IMG/VR virus record: IMGVR_UViG_3300046804_004438
Coordinates: 1 to 64,000 of that record
DNA: 64,000 nt
Strand: one strand, 5' to 3'
Source of the DNA: a virus
The notes beneath the pieces are model-generated. The model saw only the letters and a program-made list of their open reading frames with translations. It made no database searches and was not told the origin of the DNA. The translations under genes and the position numbers were made by a program. Below, one piece after another: positions 21,759-32,179 of this stretch (positions are counted from its first letter, which is position 1; the number at the start of each line of letters is the position of its first letter).

Positions 21759-22666
21759 TTATTGTTTTCCAATACCTTTAGTAACATGTTTTTAACATCG
21801 TTGATATTATCTTTAATAGAATCTACTTCACTTCTTAAAGTATTTATTTCATTTATAACAACAGGTTGGTCATCTTTAGCTAAATCATTGGTGTTAAAAT
21901 AGTCTAAATTATCAACAATCTTTTCAAAATTGGGATCATAATCTATTAAATCTTCTCCAAAATTGACCATATTTTTACTATCTGGTTCAGCATAAAAATA
22001 TCTATCAAAAGGATCTGTATTAGTTGCACCTATTGGCATAGAATTAAAAGATATTATTTTTCTGTATTTTCCTGAAGATTTATAATTATTAGATGAAGTT
22101 GAGTGTTGTAACCATGCAGGAAAAATAATCAATACACCTTCCTCAAATTTACTATTATATTCATTGTGCATTTTAGTTTTAGTATTTTTTATTCTTTTAG
22201 GTGTTATTATGTTATTATAGTGATAAGGTGAATAAAACGTTGTACCAGATGATTGATCATTGCCATCCAAATAATAAACACCAGCCCAATACGCATTGTG
22301 GTGATGGTGTCTGTGGTGATAACCTCCATCAGGATGAACAGTAGCCCACATTCCAGTTAAACCTATATCTGGTGTAAACCCATTATCCTCCATAACTACC
22401 TTCAATGATTCTAGTATAAACTCACTGAGAGGCTCAAAGATTTTTTCTTTGTGAATATTAGGAGAAGTAAAAAGTAGTCTACCAGTTTTAGTATTTTTCC
22501 TAAAATTTTCTTTATCAGAAAGATATTCCATCCATTGAGGCTTAAGAACACTATGATGCTTAAACCTAGTCTTATAAATTGGAATTCCAAAAAGATTTTT
22601 TCCTATTAGGTTAGTATTGATTGTATATTCAGTACTCTCATTTATCACATTATCATCATCAACCAT
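21755..22666 (-). CDS. 2OG-Fe(II) oxygenase (TIGR02466-like) with C-terminal coiled-coil extension
   Basis: LFGIPIY, MWA..., H.H....W.GVYY, EEG.LIIFPAWLQH, R.IISFN. Confidence 0.8.
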   Translation of the reverse strand: MVDDDNVINESTEYTINTNLIGKNLFGIPIYKTRFKHHSVLKPQWMEYLSDKENFRKNTKTGRLLFTSPNIHKEKIFEPLSEFILESLKVVMEDNGFTPDIGLTGMWATVHPDGGYHHRHHHHNAYWAGVYYLDGNDQSSGTTFYSPYHYNNIITPKRIKNTKTKMHNEYNSKFEEGVLIIFPAWLQHSTSSNNYKSSGKYRKIISFNSMPIGATNTDPFDRYFYAEPDSKNMVNFGEDLIDYDPNFEKIVDNLDYFNTNDLAKDDQPVVINEINTLRSEVDSIKDNINDVKNMLLKVLENNK

Positions 22667-22880
22667 TTTTTTCCAACACTTTCAATAACAAAGATTTAAT
22701 ATCAGATAATTCATTTTTTAATAAATTGACATCTTCTTTAATAGTATCTACTTCGTTAATACTATTACTTTTTAACAACATATTCTTTCTTTTTATTTTA
22801 TAATCTTCTAGTGCCTCCAAATTGCTATTAATTAATGCTCCGGGATTATCTTTAGAAAATTTAAAATTATCTTCACTCAT
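22659..22880 (-). CDS. Small coiled-coil virion-associated protein
   Basis: KD.PGALIN.....L..YK...LK.ELSDIKSLL, typical of the gene following DUF4815 in T4-like phages. Confidence 0.75.
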   Translation of the reverse strand: MSEDNFKFSKDNPGALINSNLEALEDYKIKRKNMLLKSNSINEVDTIKEDVNLLKNELSDIKSLLLKVLEKNG

Positions 22881-22892
22881 AATTAATACCTA

Positions 22893-24599
22893 TTATATCA
22901 TTAAAGCAACTGATCTAACATCTCTCATGTTTGGATATACTGCATTATCTGTAGAAAGTAATACAATTTTTATTGCAAATGTTGTAAAACCAATATGCTT
23001 AACTTCACTTCTATCATAGTACGTTAAAGTACCTGGTGAAATATCATTACCAACATCACCTACCGAATCTGCATATGCAACATATGCAGAATCTGCATTG
23101 CTTACAGAAGGTCTTGAAGAGTAAGCTTTTAATCCCCATGAATATTCTTTATAATCATTTTTATCTTGAGGAGAACTGTATAATGCATCCGTATTGTTTA
23201 AGTAGGAAAGAAGAGACCATTCTTTTGAATCAAAAGATTCTGTATCACTATTACTATTGATAAATTTAACATAAACTTTAATGTCAGTATTAACGGGTCT
23301 ATAACCTGTAACCCAAACTTTAAAATCCTCTGATACACCATCGAGAATTACAGTTTTAGAAATATACTTACTAAGTGCATTTCCATAGTTTGTATTTTCA
23401 TTGGTATAATCATTATTAATACGGTTATGAATAAGATTGAAATTCTTTGCAGCTAAATCAATCACAGGAGATTGATAAGGATTTAATGATACCATTTGAA
23501 TTTCATAAGTAGCTGTTCCTTTTCTTCCAAATCCACCAATTGCTACTTCATTTGAATAGCTTTTAATTGATCTTTGAAAGTTAGGATACTCAAACAAAGT
23601 TTCATTTGTAGCAGTCACTCCAACTGTATCTTTAGTGGAAGCTGGGTAATAAGTTGTATTACTAGTGCCATAAAACAATGGTTTTACATACGTACCAGAT
23701 GGCTCATTAATTGTAAATTTTGGAACAAATGCTTCGTAATAGATATCGTCTATAGTTGATATTATTGCATTTGCAACAAGATAGGTTGTTGTAATATAAG
23801 AAGTGTTTGATATATCTGGAGATCTATAAAATCTAATATTTCTAAATGATGTGTTATTGAATAATCCATTAGATTCTTTTAAATATAATACTCCAGAAAC
23901 TTCATCTATATATTTTACTATTCCTACAGGATATGCTTGATTATTGGAAAACAGTATTTGGCTTAAGTTAGAAGAATTAGCAGCATATACAATATCACCC
24001 TGAGCTATTGGAACTCCAGAAGTCTTTCTGTATATTCCACCAGAAGCAGAAAGATCTAGACTCATATATTCATCTGCTGCGTTAACAAATACTGCTGTAC
24101 CAGAACCACTTGTAAATTTAGCAACGTATAAATTAAATTTTATATCTTGACTTTCAACTGGAGTCCATGAATCTCCATTTGAAGATACAAATAAAGTTCC
24201 TGCATATGGCTGTTGAGTAATCTGTTCTCCAGTAATAATATCTTTACCACCAACCTCTGAAACCCAAACGTTATAATCTGGACTATTTCCTTCTGGATTT
24301 AGATAAAAAGCATAAGTTTTGTCTGATGATAACATAATAGGATGTTCAAAAGTGAAGATAGTTTCTGCTGATGCATCATTGCTAGTTGTGATGCTGCTGC
24401 TTCTCATTCTACCTGAACCTAGACGTCTATTTACATTAGGAATACCATTATCAGTTTCAACTACTGCCAAGTAAGTTCCTATAGTAGAACTTTTAGTTTT
24501 AAAATAAACACCTATTTGAGTCAAAAATAAACCTTGTAGTCCAGCTGTTTGAGTGCCTGACAAAGTAAATGTTTGAGCTATTGGATTTCCTGATAACAT
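22893..24599 (-). CDS. DUF4815/VrlC-like baseplate protein, C-terminal part
   Basis: Starts NPIAQTF...GLFLT.I.VYF.TK; QQPY.GTLF.SSNG.SWTP...QDIKF.LY.A.F; YISK.V.L; FAIKIVL.S...P...D.R.VAL. Confidence 0.8.
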   Translation of the reverse strand: MLSGNPIAQTFTLSGTQTAGLQGLFLTQIGVYFKTKSSTIGTYLAVVETDNGIPNVNRRLGSGRMRSSSITTSNDASAETIFTFEHPIMLSSDKTYAFYLNPEGNSPDYNVWVSEVGGKDIITGEQITQQPYAGTLFVSSNGDSWTPVESQDIKFNLYVAKFTSGSGTAVFVNAADEYMSLDLSASGGIYRKTSGVPIAQGDIVYAANSSNLSQILFSNNQAYPVGIVKYIDEVSGVLYLKESNGLFNNTSFRNIRFYRSPDISNTSYITTTYLVANAIISTIDDIYYEAFVPKFTINEPSGTYVKPLFYGTSNTTYYPASTKDTVGVTATNETLFEYPNFQRSIKSYSNEVAIGGFGRKGTATYEIQMVSLNPYQSPVIDLAAKNFNLIHNRINNDYTNENTNYGNALSKYISKTVILDGVSEDFKVWVTGYRPVNTDIKVYVKFINSNSDTESFDSKEWSLLSYLNNTDALYSSPQDKNDYKEYSWGLKAYSSRPSVSNADSAYVAYADSVGDVGNDISPGTLTYYDRSEVKHIGFTTFAIKIVLLSTDNAVYPNMRDVRSVALMI

Positions 24600-24640
24600 T
24601 TTATTACCCTAATTAAATTTATATTTTGTAAAATTCATAA

Positions 24641-26068
24641 TTATCTAGTATTTGGGGATCCCCTTGAACCCCATCCCCCAGTACTACCAGTTCCTGTTCC
24701 CGTTCCTGTACCAGTTCCTGTACTTTCTGGCATACCACATGATGCTGGGTTTGTTCCAGTTCCAGTTCCAGTTCCAGTACCACCAGTATCATGAGTACCA
24801 GTTCCTGTACCAGTAGAAATAACTACAGGAGGAGGATCTGTTGTTTCCCATGTAAGTGGAGTTCCATTAGAAGAAGCTGTTGATGGTGTAAACTTAGGTT
24901 CGATCACTTGATATTGGAGTTTTTGTTTTGTAGTTGAAAGTGACGATGAATTATAGATGCCTTCAGCACTTGTTAAAATAGCACTGGTTGCTGTAATGTC
25001 ATTTTGATCTATTAACATAAACACTCTTTCACCAGCTCTAAATGTATCAGAAGGAAGATTAAATATTAAATTTAAGTTTCCTTTGTCATCAGATACTAAC
25101 GGATCTCCCAATGCACCTCTCTGTTGAAGCACATAGCTTGGATCATCAGCATGTGCTGCTTGATAAAATTTGGATTGATCTACCTGTCCACTAGTAAATA
25201 ATGTTGGGTGAACTACAGCAGGAGCACATGCAGATGCAACTGATTTTTTATCAAAGAATGGATACAATCTTGTATTTGGTTTTAAATGGGAGGCAACTAT
25301 AGCTAGTCTTCTTCCAACCATATAAGGCATTAAGGTTACATCTTTTACAAAGTCACCTAAATCTTGGGCTGGTAATTTTTGACTATCTACTTTTATATCT
25401 CTAATTGTAATAGTAGTATTAGATTGCCAATAATTGGTTCTTCCGGATTTATTAACAATTGTAGGATTACTATATGTAGTATCTATATCCTTAAATGCAC
25501 CAGCAGCTGCGGCATCAGAAAATGGTTTAGATTGATCATTAACTATTGTTTGTGGAGCTGCTTGTGTGTTTACGTTTGTGTTATCAAAGTTGGGATATAT
25601 CTGTAAAGCACCCTTGAAACTATAAAATGTTTCTGCACAATTTCTATAGGTAGAAGCACTTGGATTACCACCAAACAATTCATTTGTGTAATCCAAAGAA
25701 AGTATTCTACCAGATACCTTTACATTTGTACTATCTGTATCATCTAAAACAAATGAAGAAAATTTTTCATAAAAATTAGGACGTGCAATTGAAAGGTTAG
25801 AACTTATACCAATATTAAGTTCTGGTGATTGTGTATTCATAATGGTGTCATCGTTGAATGGGTCTGCAAAGATACCATTCTTAAATCTTTCGATACCATT
25901 ACTATTTTGAATAGATGTTGTTTTTGTATCCAAAGCTAATGCATTCAATACGGTATAATATTCAATCTTTTTAATTCTTTCTTCAAGTGCACCAATTTCT
26001 TTCATGGTGTACCCTTTGATAGTATTAATTCCAACTTGTACAGCTATATCTTTTCTATTGTATGTCAT
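24641..26068 (-). CDS. DUF4815/VrlC-like baseplate protein, middle part
   Basis: YTMKEIG.LE.RI..IEYYT.LN.L, RFKNGIF.DPF, LKPNTRLYPFFD, FRAGERVF.L.D; Gly-Thr-rich tail. Confidence 0.8.
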   Translation of the reverse strand: MTYNRKDIAVQVGINTIKGYTMKEIGALEERIKKIEYYTVLNALALDTKTTSIQNSNGIERFKNGIFADPFNDDTIMNTQSPELNIGISSNLSIARPNFYEKFSSFVLDDTDSTNVKVSGRILSLDYTNELFGGNPSASTYRNCAETFYSFKGALQIYPNFDNTNVNTQAAPQTIVNDQSKPFSDAAAAGAFKDIDTTYSNPTIVNKSGRTNYWQSNTTITIRDIKVDSQKLPAQDLGDFVKDVTLMPYMVGRRLAIVASHLKPNTRLYPFFDKKSVASACAPAVVHPTLFTSGQVDQSKFYQAAHADDPSYVLQQRGALGDPLVSDDKGNLNLIFNLPSDTFRAGERVFMLIDQNDITATSAILTSAEGIYNSSSLSTTKQKLQYQVIEPKFTPSTASSNGTPLTWETTDPPPVVISTGTGTGTHDTGGTGTGTGTGTNPASCGMPESTGTGTGTGTGTGSTGGWGSRGSPNTR

Positions 26069-26069
26069 G

Positions 26070-29060
26070 TCATTCAGCTTCTGAGAATGTTAGTGATGGA
26101 TAAGGTGGAACATAAATGTCTGCTATCTTCAATCCAGAACTATTCAAAGCAGGAGGTTTAGGATTAAATGATGGAGTACCAGATTTTACTATCAGAGCAC
26201 CTGTTTTGGTTACTAATAGAGCATCATATCTAGGAAGATAGAATTCTGCATTATACTGAAAATTGGAATCTGGCTCAATAGCAGCTTTTAATACTGATGT
26301 ATAGAAAGTTGTAGTATTGTTGGCTGGATTGATAGTTGCTGTAGCAGATGTTGTAGCAGATACTGCAGTATTAGTTAAAATAGGTCTCACATCTATATAG
26401 TTTCTTAAATCATAAAGGTTACCAGATATATCTTTATATACAGGAATTTCTGCTGTCACAATAGCACTAGTGTTAGCTGTGTTAGCATCATCTATTGGAT
26501 AAGAATCTACTGACATAAATGTTGCTTGAGAAGAAGAAATATTTGGTGTAAAATGATTCAGTTGAATGGTCATTCTTGATGCTGAAGTCAAACCAGACTT
26601 ATATTGTGGCTTGACAGCAATAGATGCTAAACCATAATAATTGTCATCCTGACCGTTGTTTATAGTGAACCAATCAATTCTGTTTGGATTTGTATTTGAG
26701 AAATTAGCACCAACATGAATACCAGTAATTTTGTATACATCCGGAAGACCCAATGACCATGGACCTAGTGTACCAGCAGAATGTGAAGCACAGTTAATGT
26801 TAACAAATCTATCCTTTTTAACATCTTTTTTAATAGGAACTGCTGTGCTTCTTTGTATAGGAGCTTGAGCTCTTACGGAATATGTTGTTACAGTATCTGG
26901 ATCAATTGCTACGTTGATTGACATTTGTGTAACTTTACCAGCAACAGATGAAAATGTAATTGTATTTCCACTTCCTGTAAAATCTATAGGAGTACCTGTC
27001 TTAAAGAATCTGTAGATTGATATAGATCCACCAGCAGGTGTAGGATTAACATTAGGTGTAAGTGTTATACTATTAGCACTATTAACTGCAGTAATAGTGT
27101 GATAAGTAGTACCAGATGTTGCTGAATATAGTTTAATATTATTACCAACTTTGAGTGTCGTATCAAAACCAGCACTGACAGAGCTAACTACAACATTGCT
27201 GTGAGTAACATTTGATACACCACCTATTGAACCCATGTACACAGTAGAAGAAAATAGATTTGCTGTTACATCGTTATTAAATAAAATATTAATATTTTCA
27301 GATGCAATATCATCTATAGTGCCAGCACCATAATTAAATTGATCTGAAGCTATGCTAAATGTTGCAGTTGCTTTGCCTGCTGATCTGTTGAGGTTTGCTG
27401 AACTGCTTGTATTCCTATAAACATATGTTGTATCATTTACACCAGTATTACTTGTTAATCTTCTAACACCTGTAAGACCAGTATCAAAAATTAAATTACC
27501 AATATTACTTTGTATTTGAGCATTGCCATTAGTAAGAACAATATCTGCAAATACCTTTCCATATGTTCCATTAACATAGAAACTTTTTGCATCTGCTTTA
27601 AAACTATATCCTGCATTAATTTTAATATTTGTAATATACAATCTATAGATTGCAGATGATGTACCCTTAGTACCAGAATAAAATTTAATTGTGTTAACAG
27701 TAGCTGTTCCTATCAATGTTCCTAATGGTGCAGAAGCAGAAATGTTTTTTGACATCACTTCTTGTGGTGTGTTATAAATGTTTATGGATGGAAGACCACC
27801 AACATCTAAAATACCAGCAACATCTGTAACAAAAATATAATTACCAAAGTTTACAGTAGCAATTTCATCTAATAAGTCTTGAGATGTAATACCTCTAGGA
27901 ACTTCAATTCTTCTTGCTGCTTGATATTCTACTCTATAGCCATCAATATATCCTATACCAGGAGAAGATGTATAGTAGAATGTATTAGGATTAGATGAAG
28001 CTTCTACGTTGACCTGGAATGGCTTGACAACATAGTCACCAGATTCTTCTTTGGTTCTTTGAGCAATCATATCACCAATGATACTATAGATAGGATCTTG
28101 TGCTGTAATTGCTGCTGTAGTTCCTGCAGTCTGACTAAAGTCTATAACTGGAAGAAAACCTTCCGGAATAGTAACCGAGTTGTTTGAAGAATCATATGCT
28201 ACTAGCTTAGGAACTAGTTTTAATCTATAAGCACCTGGTGCACTATAGTTGGGACTACCAATTGAATTATCATATAGTGAAGGGTCTTCTGAAGGCTTAA
28301 CAATATATTCTGAAGTGCTGAATCCTACCTTGATACCAGAAACATTAGATGAATGTTCTTTAATAATAAAATTACCGGGATTGGATTTAATAAAAAATCC
28401 TTTTTGATATATTATACCCTGACCAACATGAATACCATGACCAACTCCAAGTGCATTAACTGTAGAGTTGGAAGAAAGAGTATATAGAGAACCAAGATAG
28501 TTAGAATAGCTAAGAGGACCCATCTTATCTTGACTAGATGAATAAACATCTATCATTTCACTAGTGGTACTAAATGTAGATACAGGTGTACCAGCACTAT
28601 TTCCAGAATTAAGGTATAAAATATAAGCTCTGTTGGTATCATAGCTACCAGCATCGACAGCTGATTCTGCTCCAATAATTGCTTCAAATACAGCAGCTCT
28701 CAAACCAGTAGTATTAGAAACTAAAAGGTGAGAGTTGGAAAGATGAGATACATTAGCAGTAGGATCATAATTTCCCAATGTTAATGTAGTAAAATCTAAC
28801 GTTGATGTATTACTATCTTTAAACTTCACTTGTTGAATGTTTGGATACTGAGTAAAATTACAACCTTCTACTATGCTTCCATCTTTGTAAATACTATCAC
28901 CAAATCTCGATACTTGTTTTTGAAGTATAGTTTGAAGCTGTGTAAGTTCACGAGCTTGTACAGCAGTTGATGGGCGGAACAATATTCTATAATATTGTTT
29001 GTTTTCATCGTAGTCATCATAAAAAGGCGCCACATTGAAATTGGTCTGCAACTCAGCCAT
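26070..29060 (-). CDS. DUF4815/VrlC-like baseplate protein, N-terminal part
   Basis: TNFNVAPFYDDYDE.K.YYRILFRP..AVQARELTQLQTILQ.Q; APGAYRLK; RT.EESGDY.V.PF. Confidence 0.85.
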   Translation of the reverse strand: MAELQTNFNVAPFYDDYDENKQYYRILFRPSTAVQARELTQLQTILQKQVSRFGDSIYKDGSIVEGCNFTQYPNIQQVKFKDSNTSTLDFTTLTLGNYDPTANVSHLSNSHLLVSNTTGLRAAVFEAIIGAESAVDAGSYDTNRAYILYLNSGNSAGTPVSTFSTTSEMIDVYSSSQDKMGPLSYSNYLGSLYTLSSNSTVNALGVGHGIHVGQGIIYQKGFFIKSNPGNFIIKEHSSNVSGIKVGFSTSEYIVKPSEDPSLYDNSIGSPNYSAPGAYRLKLVPKLVAYDSSNNSVTIPEGFLPVIDFSQTAGTTAAITAQDPIYSIIGDMIAQRTKEESGDYVVKPFQVNVEASSNPNTFYYTSSPGIGYIDGYRVEYQAARRIEVPRGITSQDLLDEIATVNFGNYIFVTDVAGILDVGGLPSINIYNTPQEVMSKNISASAPLGTLIGTATVNTIKFYSGTKGTSSAIYRLYITNIKINAGYSFKADAKSFYVNGTYGKVFADIVLTNGNAQIQSNIGNLIFDTGLTGVRRLTSNTGVNDTTYVYRNTSSSANLNRSAGKATATFSIASDQFNYGAGTIDDIASENINILFNNDVTANLFSSTVYMGSIGGVSNVTHSNVVVSSVSAGFDTTLKVGNNIKLYSATSGTTYHTITAVNSANSITLTPNVNPTPAGGSISIYRFFKTGTPIDFTGSGNTITFSSVAGKVTQMSINVAIDPDTVTTYSVRAQAPIQRSTAVPIKKDVKKDRFVNINCASHSAGTLGPWSLGLPDVYKITGIHVGANFSNTNPNRIDWFTINNGQDDNYYGLASIAVKPQYKSGLTSASRMTIQLNHFTPNISSSQATFMSVDSYPIDDANTANTSAIVTAEIPVYKDISGNLYDLRNYIDVRPILTNTAVSATTSATATINPANNTTTFYTSVLKAAIEPDSNFQYNAEFYLPRYDALLVTKTGALIVKSGTPSFNPKPPALNSSGLKIADIYVPPYPSLTFSEAE

Positions 29061-29069
29061 TATATTTCC

Positions 29070-30569
29070 TTAGAAATTAAAATACAGTTTAACATCTTCA
29101 GATCTCACACCAGTTCTGCTGATTGGTTCTATATTCTTATAATAATATACATTTGAAGAATATGGAACGAGATCTTTATTATTTATTGTAGAAATTATGC
29201 ATGTTTTTCCAGATGTTAGTGATGTTAATGTTTCAAATGGCTGAAATGTACCTGAATCACTTAAAACAAACAATCTAGAAGAATCCATATGAGCCACAGT
29301 AGCTGTAGCCTTGCTACTAAAACCTTCCACGACCTCTCCTGGATCAAATAAACTTGAATATGTAACAACACCAAAATTTAACATTTGATTAAATGTGGAG
29401 CTATTGTAACTTGTTAAATTTGAAGAAGCAATAGGATTGTATAATAGAGATATTTGTCTATAATTAATCCAATCATAAAAATTATCTGATAAATTTGTAC
29501 TGATTGATATTCCTAATGTGTTACAACCTAATTCAGAAACAGAATCATATCCATGTCCTCCTTTTGGAGAAATTATAGCAGTTGCTGTTGCATCAGAACC
29601 AAAATATGTATTGTTTGTAATTGTTACATTTGCATACGTATAATTCAAACCTCTATCAACGATTGTAATAGAAGATATGGTACCAGTATTAGAATCGACG
29701 TTTGTAACTGCTTTTAAACCGCTACCATCACCTGTAACACTAACTTGAGGATCAATTCTAAAGAGGGAAGTGGAAGTTAAGCCAGGAATTGGATCATTTG
29801 TAGTAACATACTTACCAGTAGAATTTACAACGTAATTTGATATTGTAGAAAGACTACCAGATCCAGATCCCGAATAAATGTAGAATGTAGAATCTATATA
29901 AGCACCATTTAATGTTGATGCATAGGTATTTGAAATTTTAAAATCTGTATTACTAATTACTGTATCAACATATCCATTTGCAGTAACATAATTATTACCG
30001 CCATTGTTTACCTTAATAACATGAATTGCACCATTTTCTGCAAATTGTGAAACAACTGGTGAAGGTATAATTGGTATGTAATCTACAGTTGTAAATTTTC
30101 TATTATTTGCTCCATTTATAGTATAAAGATATTTCCATTTGTATCCATCTGAAGTATCAAAATCACCACCACTTACTGTAAGTGACGGTTCATCAGTTGA
30201 AGGAACACCATAATTATTAAATAGACATTTGTATACACGATTAAGACTAGTAACTACATAATAATTTTTTGAATATAGATTAGGATCTGTATCATCATAG
30301 TAATCATATACAGTATTTGAAGACCATGTTTTCTTTTCAGCAATATATGCTAAATCTGATACAGAAACTTTCTTTCCATACAATACTTCTTTGTTAACAT
30401 CATAATGTGTAGATGTAATAGATGAATTAGTTGCTGGAGGAATTGCATCATCTGGCCATTGAAAATATTTGCCAAATCCAATATAATAGTTAGATTGAGT
30501 ATTTGCTACATCATCAATAAAATTCTTCACAAACTTGCTTTTTATACTCTGATTAAATATACCTGACAT
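29070..30569 (-). CDS. gp8: Baseplate wedge subunit gp8
   Basis: W...TVYDYYD...YYVVT....VYKCL.NN...PST.EP......DGYKWKYLY; ISPKGGHG.D...ELG; position downstream of gp6/gp7. Confidence 0.85.
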   Translation of the reverse strand: MSGIFNQSIKSKFVKNFIDDVANTQSNYYIGFGKYFQWPDDAIPPATNSSITSTHYDVNKEVLYGKKVSVSDLAYIAEKKTWSSNTVYDYYDDTDPNLYSKNYYVVTSLNRVYKCLFNNYGVPSTDEPSLTVSGGDFDTSDGYKWKYLYTINGANNRKFTTVDYIPIIPSPVVSQFAENGAIHVIKVNNGGNNYVTANGYVDTVISNTDFKISNTYASTLNGAYIDSTFYIYSGSGSGSLSTISNYVVNSTGKYVTTNDPIPGLTSTSLFRIDPQVSVTGDGSGLKAVTNVDSNTGTISSITIVDRGLNYTYANVTITNNTYFGSDATATAIISPKGGHGYDSVSELGCNTLGISISTNLSDNFYDWINYRQISLLYNPIASSNLTSYNSSTFNQMLNFGVVTYSSLFDPGEVVEGFSSKATATVAHMDSSRLFVLSDSGTFQPFETLTSLTSGKTCIISTINNKDLVPYSSNVYYYKNIEPISRTGVRSEDVKLYFNF

Positions 30570-32179
30570 TAAAGATTTACCACCAAAGTTTCTACTTGTA
30601 TGGTTTCCTCTGATTGTTTACTATCAATAATCATCGGCTTACCAAATACTCTGTTACCTACAGGATGCATTACTTGTTTTAATACGTTAATATATTTATC
30701 TAGCGATTTTTCAAGTTGAATTTCATATGAATATTCTTGATAGTAATCACTATCTATCATATACTTGTCTGAGTTGAGGAAGCTTCCTTCATCTGCCCAG
30801 AATCCTTCTTCGTAGCCAATAGCACTAATATCTATTGTCAATTCTGCTGTCTTGAGTTCATCAGCTTCATTGTAGAATACCAATCTTTCACCCTGTGTAT
30901 TAAACCCAAAACCTGATGATGCTAATTCTACACTATTAATAACTCCGTTGGCTGTTGATAGCTCACCAGTTATCACAGCATTGTTTCCCCATATCTTACC
31001 ACTACTATCTAAAATGCCATATCCATGTACTCTTTTTTCAAATACAAAAGACTTAACAGACCCATTGTAATTGTGATCACCTGATGTTGCTGCACCTAAA
31101 GCAGATATGGTACCGATTGTCATGTTAGCATAGGAAAGTGATGTTCCAATAATTGATCCTGAATTTGCAAAATACATCGTAGGCCCGTATGTATTTGCAG
31201 AAATATAGATCCCAGAAAAACTATAGCCATTAGCAAATGTTAGCGGATTAATATTATACGTGAATACAGATGTATTAGCAAGAGATTTTATTTTAAATGT
31301 GGCACCAGTTCCAGTTGAGGCTGTTTTATATGAAACAGATACTGGTGTATCTAAAGCATACCCATATCCACCATCTAACAATTTAAAATTTATATATCCT
31401 TTTGCAGTATCGTTTTGCAAAATAGTACTTACGTTAAACTTAAGACCTTCTCCAGTTGTATTGGATGTGAGAAGTACATCTCCAGGTGCATGATCTTCGG
31501 ATGAGAATATAATAGAAGCACCAGTTGCGGACCCTTTGATAGTAGTAGAATCTAATATATTCATACCATCATATACAATATTCTCACCAATTATAAATGA
31601 TGATCCTGTATTACTTAAAGTTATATCTGATATGTAGAGAACATGAGCAATTTGATAGCCAGTATTTACTTTGGTAGCAGATGTTACATATGCAGAAGCA
31701 CCAGAGGTGGTACCTCTAATAATTTTTTTATTATAGGAATAGTTTAAGCTTCTCTCTTCAACTTCTAAATATGTGTTTCTTTTCCATTTACCATCAGAAG
31801 GTTTTAACATATCTTGCTGAGGAACATATATTTCAGCTTCTAGATTATAGAGAAGTCTAAAAAGTAACTTTAATCCCTCTATAGAACCTTTGGCTCTGTA
31901 TACATCTAAAATATGTTTTTCTAAAAGCTTTTTATTTGCAAGTATGTTTTTAGGAATACCATGCATATACTTCTTGAGAAAATAATCAATGTATTCAGCA
32001 GAAACTTGATCAATGTCAGAATATTCTAACAACCTTCTTGACTTGTAAATAGACCCTTGTTGATCCATCCACTCGTAATAAGCTTTCACAAATTGTATAA
32101 AGTTGTCACCTTCTTCCTGATAGAAAGCTGGAAATTGTTGTCTAACTAATGGAGCAATTTCTTTTAAGTCTACTAGCAT
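30569..32179 (-). CDS. gp7: Baseplate wedge protein (gp7-like)
   Basis: QFP.F..E....FIQFVKAYYEW, Y.AKGS....K.LFR.LY, DSDYYQEYSY.I......Y...LK...HP.G. Confidence 0.8.
   Translation of the reverse strand: MLVDLKEIAPLVRQQFPAFYQEEGDNFIQFVKAYYEWMDQQGSIYKSRRLLEYSDIDQVSAEYIDYFLKKYMHGIPKNILANKKLLEKHILDVYRAKGSIEGLKLLFRLLYNLEAEIYVPQQDMLKPSDGKWKRNTYLEVEERSLNYSYNKKIIRGTTSGASAYVTSATKVNTGYQIAHVLYISDITLSNTGSSFIIGENIVYDGMNILDSTTIKGSATGASIIFSSEDHAPGDVLLTSNTTGEGLKFNVSTILQNDTAKGYINFKLLDGGYGYALDTPVSVSYKTASTGTGATFKIKSLANTSVFTYNINPLTFANGYSFSGIYISANTYGPTMYFANSGSIIGTSLSYANMTIGTISALGAATSGDHNYNGSVKSFVFEKRVHGYGILDSSGKIWGNNAVITGELSTANGVINSVELASSGFGFNTQGERLVFYNEADELKTAELTIDISAIGYEEGFWADEGSFLNSDKYMIDSDYYQEYSYEIQLEKSLDKYINVLKQVMHPVGNRVFGKPMIIDSKQSEETIQVETLVVNL

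Noticed and set aside
24660-24820. GGAACT/GGTACT hexamer repeats as a phase-variable tract
   Set aside because: In-frame Gly-Thr linker with degenerate codons; unit changes would not shift the frame.
26069-26072. TGA reassignment or in-frame readthrough (alternative genetic code)
   Set aside because: The downstream ORF is in the +1 frame, and other genes end normally at TGA, TAA or TAG under code 11.
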